NCBI GenBank assembly: GCA_965209155.1
Contig: OZ242383.1
Span: forward strand, 1,152,001-1,216,000
Reading direction: 5' to 3'
From: a bacterium
Lineage (GTDB): Bacteria > SAR324 > NAC60-12
DNA length: 64,000 nucleotides
Shown here: piece after piece, positions 20,078-30,733 of the stretch
How the letters are laid out: each line of letters starts with the position of its first letter
How positions within the stretch are numbered: position 1 is the stretch's first letter
Made by a program: the position numbers and the translations under genes
Notes under the pieces: generated by a model
The model's database searches: none
What the model was told of the DNA's origin: nothing
What the model saw: the letters and a program-made list of their open reading frames with translations, nothing else

Positions 20078-23000
20078 TCAAGGATTCGGTACTTCTGTCA
20101 GCGTTGGAGCAGGTGGTTCTTCTGATTTACGGAAGCGTTGCAACCAGGAATTCAATTTTTCTTTGGCCGCATCATTGAGGGAATAAAGGATGGGCACCAT
20201 GAATAAAGTCATGAATGTGGCAACCGAAAGACCATACATGACGGCGAAGTTCATTGGTTTCCAAAAAGTGCCTCCTTCCGAACCAAAGACCACTACATCC
20301 GGCCAGCGGTAAAAATTGATATCCAGCCCCATGGTGATGGGAAGCAACCCTAAAATAGTGGTGACCGCAGTGAGCACCACCGGACGAAGGCGTCCCATCC
20401 CTGCCAGTATCACCGCCTCGTTCCGGGGATATCCCTGAGCCCTCAGTCGATTGGTGTAATCGAGCAAGACTATCGCATTGTTGACCACGATACCTGCCAG
20501 CGAAATGGTTCCAATACCCCCCATCAAAATGCTGATTGGTTGACCATGGATGATCATGCCCAGGAAGACGCCACTGATGGACGCGAAGATCGATGCCAGT
20601 ATGACAAAAGGCAGGGTCAGGGAATTGAATTGGGTGACCAGTACCATAAAAATCAAAAACAAGGCGATGATGAAACTTTGTAGTAAAAATTCCTGAGATT
20701 CCTCTTGTTGCTGGTTGGCGCCGGTGTAGGAAATTGAAATCCCTTCCGGTAGGGAAAAATCTTGTAGCAGAGTTCGTATTTCCCTTATTATATCTGCTCC
20801 TGTGCTCTCTTTTGAAGCATCTCCCGTCACGGTGATCACTCGTTTCAGGTCAATATGACGGAGTGAGCCTGTTGTCGGTTTCCTGCCCACGGAGGCCAAT
20901 TCATTCAAGGGGATCGAAGTTCCCTCCGGGGTCAAAATATAAAGGGATGCCAGGTCGGTATCAAATTGCCGGAATTGCTCATCGAGTCTCACAATGATGT
21001 CGTACTCGTCCTGCCCCAGCCGGTAGGTGGACACATCCCTGCCATTGAATGCCGCGCGAATCAAACTCGCCACTTGCGACGTTCTCAGGCCATGTCGCGC
21101 GATTTTATCCCGGTCGATGGTCACCCTGATTTCGGAACGGTTTGTTTCAAAATCACTTTCCAGGTTGACCAGTCCTTTCACGTTTTCTATGCGTTCCATG
21201 ATGGCATCGGAGACTTCATTCATCGTTTCAAAATCTTTTCCACTCAATTCGATATTGACCGCTCTACCTGCCGGTGGACCCATCTCTTCCTGAGTCAGAC
21301 GGACCTCGGCCCCCACAAATTTTGGCAGAAACTTTCTGATTTCTTCAATGACGTCTGAGGGCCGCAATTCCTTCCACCCCTGCCAGTCCGGAAAAGCAAG
21401 GCGGACCCGGCTTTCCCAGGGACGGTTGCTATCCCCCACACTGGCAATGACTGCATCGGTGTGTTTGCCATAAGCCAGTACGTCTGTTTCCACCTCTTTG
21501 ACGATTTCATCAGAACTGGTCAAATTGGTACCAAAAGGCGCATCGATACGCACTATGGCACTGCGTGGTTCCTGCACCGGAAAGAATTCTGTCTTGTTCT
21601 CGGGATTGCTGACCATGAAATAAAACAGTACGATCCCCCACCAGAAAATACCCATAACCAGAAGTGAAAGCCAGGGATGTTGCAGGGACCAACTTAAAAC
21701 CGTACGATAGTGGACCAGCAATTCTAAATATAATTGGTCCACTTTCCCCAGTTTCCTTGGTCGTTTCATCAAAGTGGAGCATATCACCGGGTTGAAAATC
21801 AGGCCGACAACCAAAGAACAGCTTAAGGCAATGATAAGAACCTTGGGTAAATAATTCATGAACTCGCCCATGATGCCAGGCATGAAAATCAAAGGAAAAA
21901 AGGCCATTAGAGTCGTGATGGTCGAGGAGATAACCGGAAAGGCCACTTCACTGACTCCGACCACTGCAGCTTCTCGACGTGGCATGCCTGATTGCACGTG
22001 ACGATAGATATTTTCAACCACCACGATGGCATTGTCCACCATCATCCCCAATGCGAGGATCAGGCTGAAGAGTACCACGAAATTGAGGGTGATCCCGACC
22101 CATTGCAGAATCATGAAACTCATCAACATTGAAAATGGAATCGCCAGAGCTACGAATAAAGAATTACGTCCACCTATGACCAGCAACAGGACCACACAGA
22201 CAAAGATAATCCCGGTAAAAATATTATTTTCCAGGTCACTGACCAGACGATCGACAAACTCGGAGTTGTCGTTGAGGAAGGTGTATTTGACTTTCCCTCC
22301 ATAGAGGGATTCTTCCTCTTGAACGATTTCTTTGATTTGCCTGGAAATGCGGGTCAGGTTTTCCCCACTGCGTTTGGAAATTTCCAGGGAAACCGACTCC
22401 AAACCATTCAAGCGGGAACGGCTTTCCACTTCCTTGAAAGTGAATTCTACCTCGGCAAGATCTTTGATCGAAATCGGTCCGTAACCCGGAGCCGAAATGA
22501 TCATGTTTTGAATTTCAGCAATGTCGTGGACTTCTCCCGGAATATTGATCTGGAAGCGCATGCGACCAACGTTTATGGTCCCTCCGGGAATGGTACGGTT
22601 CTCGGCGCTAATCGTGTCGGAAATCATATTCAAATCGAGATTGTAATATCGCAACTTGTCGGGGTCGACGTTGACCTGCACTTCCTTTTCCAACCCCCCT
22701 ATGCGTGTCACTTCCAAAATTCCGGGGATGCTCTCGATTCGATCCTTGAGATCGTCGGCGATCATTTTTAAATTGACCAGCCCGAATGCGCCGGAAAGAT
22801 TGATAATCAGAATCGGTTCCTCGGAGAGATTGATTTCCTGCAATACCGCATCTTCCGCGTCATCTGGCAGCTCGGGCTCTACTTGATCCACTTTTTCGCG
22901 CACTTCATCCATCGCATCATCAATGTTGAAATCGGGAGTGAATTCCAGTTGGATGATGGCGGATCCATCCGTGGCCGTAGATTTCATCTCCTTCAAGTGG

Positions 23001-23230
23001 TCAATATTCTGCAACTCCTTTTCCAGTTTATTCACGATTTGCGATTCCACGTCCCCGGGAGAAGCGCCCGGGAAGGGAACGTTGACGATTATCAATGGAA
23101 TTTGAATATCGGGTGCAGCTTCCCGTGGTAAGGAGCGATAGGCTGATGCTCCGGCAAAGATCAACAAGAGCATCAGAATGAAAATGGTGGCGGGTTTGTG
23201 AATGGCGAATTTACTGGGTATGAATTCCAT
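20078..23230 (-). CDS. RND efflux permease (AcrB/AcrD/AcrF family)
   Basis: 1050 aa. GMMVDNAIVVVENIYRH, GIVVNNAIVLLD and RLRPVVLTAVTTILGLLP. Confidence 0.96.
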   Translation of the reverse strand: MEFIPSKFAIHKPATIFILMLLLIFAGASAYRSLPREAAPDIQIPLIIVNVPFPGASPGDVESQIVNKLEKELQNIDHLKEMKSTATDGSAIIQLEFTPDFNIDDAMDEVREKVDQVEPELPDDAEDAVLQEINLSEEPILIINLSGAFGLVNLKMIADDLKDRIESIPGILEVTRIGGLEKEVQVNVDPDKLRYYNLDLNMISDTISAENRTIPGGTINVGRMRFQINIPGEVHDIAEIQNMIISAPGYGPISIKDLAEVEFTFKEVESRSRLNGLESVSLEISKRSGENLTRISRQIKEIVQEEESLYGGKVKYTFLNDNSEFVDRLVSDLENNIFTGIIFVCVVLLLVIGGRNSLFVALAIPFSMLMSFMILQWVGITLNFVVLFSLILALGMMVDNAIVVVENIYRHVQSGMPRREAAVVGVSEVAFPVISSTITTLMAFFPLIFMPGIMGEFMNYLPKVLIIALSCSLVVGLIFNPVICSTLMKRPRKLGKVDQLYLELLVHYRTVLSWSLQHPWLSLLVMGIFWWGIVLFYFMVSNPENKTEFFPVQEPRSAIVRIDAPFGTNLTSSDEIVKEVETDVLAYGKHTDAVIASVGDSNRPWESRVRLAFPDWQGWKELRPSDVIEEIRKFLPKFVGAEVRLTQEEMGPPAGRAVNIELSGKDFETMNEVSDAIMERIENVKGLVNLESDFETNRSEIRVTIDRDKIARHGLRTSQVASLIRAAFNGRDVSTYRLGQDEYDIIVRLDEQFRQFDTDLASLYILTPEGTSIPLNELASVGRKPTTGSLRHIDLKRVITVTGDASKESTGADIIREIRTLLQDFSLPEGISISYTGANQQQEESQEFLLQSFIIALFLIFMVLVTQFNSLTLPFVILASIFASISGVFLGMIIHGQPISILMGGIGTISLAGIVVNNAIVLLDYTNRLRAQGYPRNEAVILAGMGRLRPVVLTAVTTILGLLPITMGLDINFYRWPDVVVFGSEGGTFWKPMNFAVMYGLSVATFMTLFMVPILYSLNDAAKEKLNSWLQRFRKSEEPPAPTLTEVPNP

Positions 23231-23238
23231 GACTGCTG

Positions 23239-24309
23239 TTACTTGGGACTGGGAGTTTCTGCTTTTTGCTTAAAAGCTTTCAACACGTTGACCTTTTCTT
23301 CATTGGTCAGGAAATGCTGACCCGTGACAATCAGTTTGTCGCCACTTTGCAGTCCGGAAAGGATTTGCACTTCGTCTTTGACGACAGTACCCAAAATAAC
23401 CGGTCTTTCGATCGCCATTCCGTTTTTCTCAATAAAGACAATGCGATTCGCTTCCCTTTCCAGGATGGCATAACTGGGAATAATGATCTCGCTGGGTTCT
23501 GCAATAGTGACCATTTCCACTCGCGCCATCATGCCGGGTAGCAATTGGCGACTGGGATTATCCAGGAGAATTTCGGCCGGGAAACTGCGATTTTGCAAAT
23601 CCGCTTCCAACCCGATGGTATGTACCGTTCCATTGAATACTGACCCGGGAATGGCATCAATGCGGATTTTCACTTCTTTCTCCGGAGAAACAAATCGAAT
23701 TTCTCTTTCAGGAATGTTAATTGCGGCTAACACTTTTGAGATGTCCATGATTTCGAAAAGATTTCCTCCTCGACTGGCGAGTTCTCCTTCATCCAGGTGT
23801 CGGGTTTTGACCACACCTGAAATGGAGGCCTTCACCTGTGATTTTTCCAAGTCCAACTCCGCCAGTTCCAGGTTAATTTTTCTCACGTCACGGTTGGTCC
23901 GCCTGGAATCGACACTGGCAGCCGTGGATACGTTGCGATCAAAGAGGAGCTTTTCCGTCTTATAGTCCGATTCAGCCAAGTCGTAATTGGCTTTGGCCAG
24001 TTTGACGTTCAAAGTCAGACGTTCGGTGGAGATATCGACGAGGGTATTGCCTTTTTTCACCGATTGCCCCTCATCGTAATATACTTTTTCAACAGTTCCT
24101 TCTGCTTCCGCTCGAATCAAAACGCGCTCCAGGGGTTGCAGGTGCCCCACATAGGAACTGTGCACCGTCAATTGACGGGATGCCAATTCCAGGGTTTCCA
24201 CGTTCGTGATGGCTTTACTTTGCGCCATAACGCCGGCAGCCATGCTCAGCGTAACAGCCATTATTGCCAGTTTCTTTGATACAATTCTTGATTTCATAAC
24301 TTTTTCCAT
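23239..24309 (-). CDS. RND periplasmic adaptor (membrane fusion protein)
   Basis: Lipoyl-type GTVEKVYYDEGQSVKKG, LLPGMMARV and GLQSGDKLIVTG. Operon position. Confidence 0.93.
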   Translation of the reverse strand: MEKVMKSRIVSKKLAIMAVTLSMAAGVMAQSKAITNVETLELASRQLTVHSSYVGHLQPLERVLIRAEAEGTVEKVYYDEGQSVKKGNTLVDISTERLTLNVKLAKANYDLAESDYKTEKLLFDRNVSTAASVDSRRTNRDVRKINLELAELDLEKSQVKASISGVVKTRHLDEGELASRGGNLFEIMDISKVLAAINIPEREIRFVSPEKEVKIRIDAIPGSVFNGTVHTIGLEADLQNRSFPAEILLDNPSRQLLPGMMARVEMVTIAEPSEIIIPSYAILEREANRIVFIEKNGMAIERPVILGTVVKDEVQILSGLQSGDKLIVTGQHFLTNEEKVNVLKAFKQKAETPSPK

Positions 24310-24324
24310 AATGGAGGTTGATGC

Positions 24325-25962
24325 TTAGAGGGGAATTTGAAACCGTTCAAAGATATCCCCTGTGAGAACTATTAAAGACAAGTGAATCTTTTCTTGGTTG
24401 ATCAGGCTTTGTATTTCACTGCTTTGAGCAGCAATCAATTCCTGCTGGGCCTGGGCCACTTGAAAACCCGTACTTTGGCCAAGTTTTTGTTTTTCAATTT
24501 GTTGCTGCAACACGTCGTTGGCCAATTCACGAATGGCCGCAGCATGATGGATCTCTTGTTCAGCAAAACGTAATTGTCGCTCTATGGTTTTCAACTCGAC
24601 CAGCAAATCGTCTTTCAGGTTGGCCATTTGAATGTCCAATTGCAGACCTTCCAGTTTTTTCTGTTTGATCAACTCCGGTGTTTTGTGATCAAACAAGGGC
24701 ATTGACCAGGTCAACTCGAGATGATACCCATGCGCCTGCGGTTGACCATATGTTTCAAAGGTCTCGGAAAAATTCCCTCCCGCTCCTTGAAAAGTATAGC
24801 TTAAATTCAAATCCAGGTCCGGCGCTTCTTGATTGAAGGCTTCTTGCAGATCGTATTCATTGTTCTGAACCTGAGCTTCCAAGGCCTGCAATTCCACTGA
24901 GTTCTGCCACACTTTCTGCAGTTCTTCTTCAAATCGGAAACGAATTTTTCGCAGCTGCGGAGTATCTCCCGGTAAAATACCATGGGGCAGGTCTTGCAGG
25001 TTCAGTGCGACTTTAACCTGATCTTCTATCGTGCGAATCTGGTTGTCGATTTCCAGCAGTTGTTGTTGGGTTCGTAATAATTGGATTTCACTTTGCTTGA
25101 GGTCCACCAGGGTGATCACTCCCGCATCCATACGAATTCGATTTTCTTCAACCAGTTGCCGGGCCAGCGCAATTGCGTTTTTAAGGACTTCTCGCGTTTT
25201 CCACAATCCTGCGAGATCCCAATAGACTCGGGCGAACAATTCCAATACCTGCAATTTGGTTTGCCTGGTGCTCACTTTGCTCATGCGCAAACCCACCTTA
25301 TTGCGCAATACCGGTAAATCGTTGATGCGACCCCAGTCCTGGTAGATCGGTACGGATAGACCCAAGGTCATAGAAGAAGAAACCAATGGATCATTGGTCT
25401 TTCCTCTCTGTTCCAGCTTACCATCCTCCAAGAGCGTGAAACTTCTGCGTTGGTTGCTTCTTTCGGAAAATGTAGCCGAATAGCTCACTCCATTGAACAG
25501 ATTTTGGGACCAACGTGAAGAGAATGAGTGAGAATCGTTCAGGTTGAGGTTCAAAGATGGAGAAGCATCGCCGGAAGCGTTGAACGAGGCATCAGCCGTT
25601 CGATTCAAATTGAAGGAATGGCTTAAAACCGGGTTATTGCGATTTTCCGAAGACAGGAGGGCGCTGGTAGCGATTTCTTCACTAAAACGAGCAGACTGGA
25701 TGGATGAATTGAATTTCATAACCAATTGCAAAGTGGCTTTCAGTGTGGGCTTGACAATCAGACGGTTTTCAACTTCCACGAATTCCAGGCCCGGGAAAGT
25801 CAATAGTTGTTGCAGGAGAGCATTTCTATCTGATTCCTCAGCCCATACAGGTGACGTGACAAAAAAGAGAGATGATGTCACAAACATTATCGAAATCAAG
25901 TTCCTCAACCCAAGCAGGCGTGGTCCCTTGACCCGAAGGCACCGGTGTGAAGGTATATGCAT
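24325..25962 (-). CDS. TolC-family outer membrane efflux protein
   Basis: Repeated OEP pattern (YWDL, PDLDLNLSY, LTWSMPLFD) upstream of MFP/RND. True start may be slightly downstream. Confidence 0.88.
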   Translation of the reverse strand: MHIPSHRCLRVKGPRLLGLRNLISIMFVTSSLFFVTSPVWAEESDRNALLQQLLTFPGLEFVEVENRLIVKPTLKATLQLVMKFNSSIQSARFSEEIATSALLSSENRNNPVLSHSFNLNRTADASFNASGDASPSLNLNLNDSHSFSSRWSQNLFNGVSYSATFSERSNQRRSFTLLEDGKLEQRGKTNDPLVSSSMTLGLSVPIYQDWGRINDLPVLRNKVGLRMSKVSTRQTKLQVLELFARVYWDLAGLWKTREVLKNAIALARQLVEENRIRMDAGVITLVDLKQSEIQLLRTQQQLLEIDNQIRTIEDQVKVALNLQDLPHGILPGDTPQLRKIRFRFEEELQKVWQNSVELQALEAQVQNNEYDLQEAFNQEAPDLDLNLSYTFQGAGGNFSETFETYGQPQAHGYHLELTWSMPLFDHKTPELIKQKKLEGLQLDIQMANLKDDLLVELKTIERQLRFAEQEIHHAAAIRELANDVLQQQIEKQKLGQSTGFQVAQAQQELIAAQSSEIQSLINQEKIHLSLIVLTGDIFERFQIPL

Positions 25963-26159
25963 TCAGTTTTCTACGCATTAAAAGTGTGTTGGTAACTACA
26001 AGTAAATGCCAGTAAAATCAAGAGAATTTATGATCTTTTGAAACCCGGCGCATTACCAACTGTTTCAGGATAACAAATTTCCGATAAAATGTTTATCTTG
26101 CAAGTAACAATTTGTAACAACTTGTATAAGTCTCCATGATCCTGCGCATTGCCAGTCTT

Positions 26160-26392
26160 TCAAAAAAACTCCTCTTGCGGAAATTCACGAGTCACTCTGA
26201 ATAAATCAGTGACCATGGCTATTGATTTTTGCCAGACAATTAAATCCCGGTATGTTTTGATAATCAAAACCTCTCACCTGATCAAGCAACCACTCCCCCT
26301 CAAAATAAACAATTCCGCAGTCACCTTTGTGCCTTTGTGCCTGGCCGGAAATTGTTCCATGAATCCCAAATGGAGTTTTTATTGCAAAACTT
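26160..26392 (-). pseudogene. Four-helix-bundle gene relic (5' part) with upstream GGCACAAA tandem repeats
   Basis: IKTYRDLIVWQKSIAMVTDLFRVTREFPQEEF with the start mutated to ATT. Inverted homolog of 62268-62563. Confidence 0.8.
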
Positions 26393-26399
26393 GTTCAAA

Positions 26400-26600
26400 A
26401 CGTTTCGCCCCTTGCGGGCCAAACGTATTCCTGGCAAACATAGCATCGTCAATGCGATTTTGTTTGTCGTAAAAACGAGTTGTCAGTGGAGTATTCTCCT
26501 CCATGATTTACCTCCCTGGCAAAGCGTTTACGATCATTATCGCCATTGGAAAAAACACTGGATTGTGGAGTGAACCTTCGCTTTTTGGCTCATTCTCATA
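26400..26600 (+). pseudogene. IS5-family transposase fragment
   Basis: IVNAILFVVKTSCQWSILLHDLPPWQSVYDHYRHW. Confidence 0.8.
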
Positions 26601-26852
26601 AAGAAGCGGATCTCCCTGATTGATAGATTTTTAATTTTTTTACGAATCCCGCATTTTTTTCATTTGGGGGTTGACATTATACAAAAAAGATATATGCTGC
26701 CAAAATAATGCCTTCACTAAGTTGTTTTAGTGAAAGAGAGGGTCCCCGATTGATGGAACCATATCGTGGGAGGACTTGAAAACGATCGCTCCTCTCCAGG
26801 AATCTTTTTTGATATTTAACTGAACGGGTTTTTCAGAGATCTGAATAGTTAC
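26601..26852 (+). repeat. Dispersed ~250 bp repeat, copy 3
   Basis: Inverted copy of 1798-2055. TTGACA-16-TATGCT at 26671-26698. Ends CTGAATAGTTAC. Confidence 0.9.
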
Positions 26853-26934
26853 GTTACCTTTTTAATGGGAATTATATACAAAGTTAACCACGGATTCACA
26901 CACTTGACATCCCAACGTAAAGAGTAATCACGGC

Positions 26935-27093
26935 CTACTCTTTACTTTCTTCCTTCTGCATAAATTTCCATTGATCAGAACGCCGGGGCGGGGATTTTAA
27001 AAACACAGTTATGATCTCGTCTGCCGTTGCGTTAATCTTTTCCGGCATCGGCTTGGCGGGTCTTCCTACTTTTTTCTTCTCTTTTGTTTTCAT
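26935..27093 (-). CDS. Small basic passenger protein of IS1595
   Basis: AGGAG RBS. MKTKEKKKVGRPAKPMPEKI. Lies inside the IRs downstream of the transposase. Confidence 0.65.
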   Translation of the reverse strand: MKTKEKKKVGRPAKPMPEKINATADEIITVFLKSPPRRSDQWKFMQKEESKE

Positions 27094-27168
27094 TTTAAAT
27101 CTCCTGATATATTGTTGACATTCCTTCACAATCAAGTAGCTAATCTGATCATGCAGGAATGCAAATAT

Positions 27169-28101
27169 TCAAGCTATCAGATTTTTATACTTAAGCCGTT
27201 TTCCTTCCATGCCTTTGGCCATTGATTCGATTTGTGCCAGGGTATCAAGCTCTCGCTGATTTTGCCTACCAGCAAATTCCTTAACATAGCGATCCAAATG
27301 CTTGGCACTCATTTTGTGATATGTCCCTTTGTGTCCCCTTTTGAGCATACTCCAGAAGGAATCAATACCAGCAGTATGGACATCTCCTCTCACGTATTCA
27401 TCGTGGCTATGCCGGACAGATTCATGATTAGGAAGCCCCTTATAAACGGTAGCTTCGTCTGTATAAATCATGGAATTTTGTTTTACATATTCCTGGATCA
27501 TCTTCTCAATAACCGGCTTCTTTGTATCTTCCGTTGCGGTGGCTACCACTTGTCCGGTCTCTCGATCCTTAATACCTACAACTGGGGATTTGCCAACCGT
27601 ACCCCGTCCCTCTTTCTTCTTTTTAGACTCATGTTTCAGAGATTCCTTACCCCCTACATAAGTCTCGTCCATTTCAACCGGACCATTAAAAAGAGGTTTG
27701 TTATTATTCCAGCATTCCCGGATTCTATGATTGACAAACCATGCCGTTTTTTGAGTAAATCCCAATTCCCGGTATAGCTTCATACTGGCAACCCCTTTGA
27801 TATTCGTGGCCATCAGATAGAAAGCGAAAGCCCACTTCCGGTAACCAATTTTAGAAGCTTCCATAGCCGTTCCGGTCTTCACTGAAAAAAACTTCCTACA
27901 ATCTTTACAACGAAACGGCATCGGATTTTTAGAATTTTCATACTTTATAATTCGCTCGCTTTCACAATGTGCACATCGTATCCCATCAGGCCATCGCTTA
28001 TCAATGAACATTTTTTCAGCCGTCTTGTCATCTGGGAACATGTCCATCAGTTCCAAAACCGTGATGCCTTTTCTGTGATTTTTTCCGGGTGCTTCTGCCA
28101 T
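27169..28101 (-). CDS. IS1595-family transposase
   Basis: Zn ribbon CAHC...CKDC, VEMDETYVGG, IYTDE and HLDRYVKEF. Confidence 0.95.
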   Translation of the reverse strand: MAEAPGKNHRKGITVLELMDMFPDDKTAEKMFIDKRWPDGIRCAHCESERIIKYENSKNPMPFRCKDCRKFFSVKTGTAMEASKIGYRKWAFAFYLMATNIKGVASMKLYRELGFTQKTAWFVNHRIRECWNNNKPLFNGPVEMDETYVGGKESLKHESKKKKEGRGTVGKSPVVGIKDRETGQVVATATEDTKKPVIEKMIQEYVKQNSMIYTDEATVYKGLPNHESVRHSHDEYVRGDVHTAGIDSFWSMLKRGHKGTYHKMSAKHLDRYVKEFAGRQNQRELDTLAQIESMAKGMEGKRLKYKNLIA

Positions 28102-28414
28102 TTTTCAACTCCATGAAAAGTTAATAATTTTAGAAGTATATTAACCAATAAATCACAGTCTGTCAACAAAAAAATGCGTTTTTATTCATTTTTGTTTATT
28201 ATTTTTGGACTGGGATTAGGCGAGGCGTAGCGCCCGGCCTGCAAATCCATGGTTAACTTTGTATATAATTCCCTTTTTAATTTTGTAATGGAGAAAGTAA
28301 AATGAATCCGAAAAAAGTATTTTCTTCAGGCCTGACCTTGTTGGTGGGGCCATCCCAGCAGGCAGTGTGTTTGCCCAAAAATATGGTGGTACATTAATTA
28401 TGAGGAGTTTCACC

Positions 28415-28789
28415 ATGAAAATTCGAATTTCGGTCGTTGTGCTCACATTGGTGGTGGGTTTGATGGCAAGCACAGCTTTCGCTTGTTTCGAGAGTGCGGC
28501 GTATGGAACTTTTACGCTGGGGGTTTATGGCACAAACGTTGAGACTGTGGGCGGAGATCAAGTAGGCGATGACGGACACCCGGTGAAAAGCAATAGCGAG
28601 TGGGACTTCAATCGCGACTTTTACATTTCCAGTTGCTCACACCACGCAAATTTCAACGCCAGTGTCGCCACCGGGAAATGGCCCAACAACAAAGCAGAGA
28701 TACGGGCGTTCTTTCAGCGGCAGGAAGTCATGTGCAGAAATTACTTCCGCAGTGTCCATACTAAGTTTGCGGGCCAACTATGTAGGTAA
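28415..28789 (+). CDS. Secreted hypothetical protein
   Basis: GAGGAG RBS, signal peptide ending AFA, four Cys. Confidence 0.7.
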   Translation: MKIRISVVVLTLVVGLMASTAFACFESAAYGTFTLGVYGTNVETVGGDQVGDDGHPVKSNSEWDFNRDFYISSCSHHANFNASVATGKWPNNKAEIRAFFQRQEVMCRNYFRSVHTKFAGQLCR

Positions 28790-28817
28790 GGCTAACCAAG
28801 AAATAGGAGCGAATGAC

Positions 28818-29138
28818 ATGAGGAACAAGTTTGGAGTGGCCGCACTTTTCTTCGGGATGCTTGCATTGGTTGGATGCGCTGCTCCATCAAACCCGCAAAC
28901 GAGTGCCATAGATTGCGTATTGGCTGGTGGAAAGTCTATTCAACGGGAAGGCAGGCATGTAGCGTGTGTGGCTGACGATAGCGAGGGAGGAAAGTGCCGA
29001 GCGAAGGGCGGTACTCCCATTTACGATGCAAGGGGCGAACTTGAAGAGTGCCAAGTCAGCACCTACGATGCCGGAAAAGAAATTATTGATCACTTTAACA
29101 AGACGCTTCGAGATGTTGGGAGCGAGATGATGAAATGA
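28818..29138 (+). CDS. Hypothetical lipoprotein
   Basis: AGGAG RBS, lipobox LVGC, and two C-x3-GG...C units. Confidence 0.72.
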   Translation: MRNKFGVAALFFGMLALVGCAAPSNPQTSAIDCVLAGGKSIQREGRHVACVADDSEGGKCRAKGGTPIYDARGELEECQVSTYDAGKEIIDHFNKTLRDVGSEMMK

Positions 29139-29338
29139 TCCTCAGCAAAAGTATCGTCTAGAAGTCAGGCGGTCAGTTTTGCAATTAGTTACACGGCATT
29201 TCTCGATTGGATACGACTTTCAGACTTCTCCGCCTGACTTTCGTATGATTTCGTCTTCAACGCGGCAGTTTCTAGACCATGGCCTGCGCGACGACGGTTC
29301 CGACTTCCTCCGCTGCTTCGACAAGATGGCTATCGGCT

Positions 29339-29380
29339 CTAGTAGGAAAATCAAAAATTACACAAGACGATAGCATTTGG
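29339..29380 (-). mobile_element. IS91-like oriIS end stub truncated by IS256
   Basis: AGTAGGAAAATCAAAAATTACACAAGACGATAGCATTTGG, matching the ends at 40641, 42069 and 43070. Confidence 0.75.
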
Positions 29381-30733
29381 GATAGTGCAAACTTTTTTGT
29401 GTGAATTTATAAGCCATTGATTTTCTTGAAGAAGGGTAAATTCTTTTGTACTTTCCCGACAGGTGTTGACCTCCAGTGCATTTCCATTTTGAGGCTAATA
29501 AAAGCCAAGAGTCGATAGCAAGAGCTTTCTCCGGAGACAATTTCCATTGGCCGAGTTCTTCTTTTAAACTCTTTATTCAATCGTTCGATGACATTGGTTG
29601 TTCTCAGAGAAATCCATTTCTCCTCGGGGTATTCGAGATAGGTCAGACAAGCCGCCAAGGATTTGGCGAGGCATTTGACGGCAGAGGGTAGTTCCTTTTG
29701 CCATTTCTTCTCAAAGTCCCTAAAGAAGAGGCAGGCCTTTTTCTTCGAAGAGGCATAGAAAATAGAACGAAGGTCATCGGCGACGTCTTTTTTCAGTTTT
29801 CTCGGCACCTTAGCCAGCACGTTTCTGGCCACATGGACTTGACATCGTTGCACTTTGGCTTGGGAAAACTCTTCTTTGAACACTTTTTCCAATCCTGCTA
29901 AGCCATCCATCACTGCCAATTCGACGGAAGCGGAATCCAATCCTCGCTCTTTCAAGTCCTTGAACAACTCTCTCCAATTGGAGGCAGATTCCTTATCTCC
30001 CTGTTGCAGCGCTAAAACAGATTTGTACCCGTCTTGGTTCACTCCAATGACCGCGAGCACTGGAATGTTTTCAATACTGTCTTTCACGCGCATCTTGAAA
30101 TGGACCCCATTGATGAAAAGGTATTTGTAATGCTTCTCAGAAAGATCACGTTCTCTCCAGGTTTCCGCGGCTGCTTGCAGTTCTCTATTGGCCAAAGAGA
30201 TTTCAGTATGAGAAATACTTCTCCCAATCAAGCGCTTCGAGAGTAAAGCCAGGTGCGGGTACTGATTCCGCTCAAAAACATCAAACTCAAGTCCTCTGCA
30301 ATGGCTTGCTCATATCGTTTGGATCGCGGAAGCACCTGAGTTTGAAAAGTGCCTTGCCGATCCCTGGGTACTCGAGGCTCGACTTCTCCGATTCCCTTCA
30401 GAGTGATTTTTCTCTGATAAAACCCGTTCCTGTGATTGGCAGGCTTTCCGCTTCGCTCATAGGGCTCCCGTCCCAGATGTTCGCTCAGTTCCGCCCTCAT
30501 TAATTTGGAAAGATAAACACCAACTTGATGGCTTAAATCCACTCGCAACTGCTCCAATAATCCATCCGGGCTTTGAAGAGTATTGAACATTTCTTTAAAT
30601 TCCGTTACTGTCAATTCTAATTTCATGGGGCTTTCTCCTGATAGTAGGTTTAAATTTGACTTCATCAAACCTACCGGGAAAGTCCCATGGATTCATGCCC
30701 TTCTCAATTTCACACAATTTAATTTACACTATC
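29381..30733 (-). mobile_element. IS256-family element, transposase split by a 1-bp frameshift near 30250
   Basis: RNGFYQR, VPRDRQG, QRCQVHVARN and RTTNVIERLNKEFKRRTR. IRs GATAGTG(C/T)AAA...TGTGTGAA. No target duplication. First catalytic Asp appears as Asn (FINGV). Confidence 0.92.

Larger units (their letters stand above)
26867..28273 (-). mobile_element. Complete IS1595-family element with passenger gene
   Basis: Terminal IR GGGAATTATATACAAAGTTAACCA(C/T)GGATT and 8-bp target duplication TTTTTAAT (26859-26866, 28274-28281). Confidence 0.95.
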
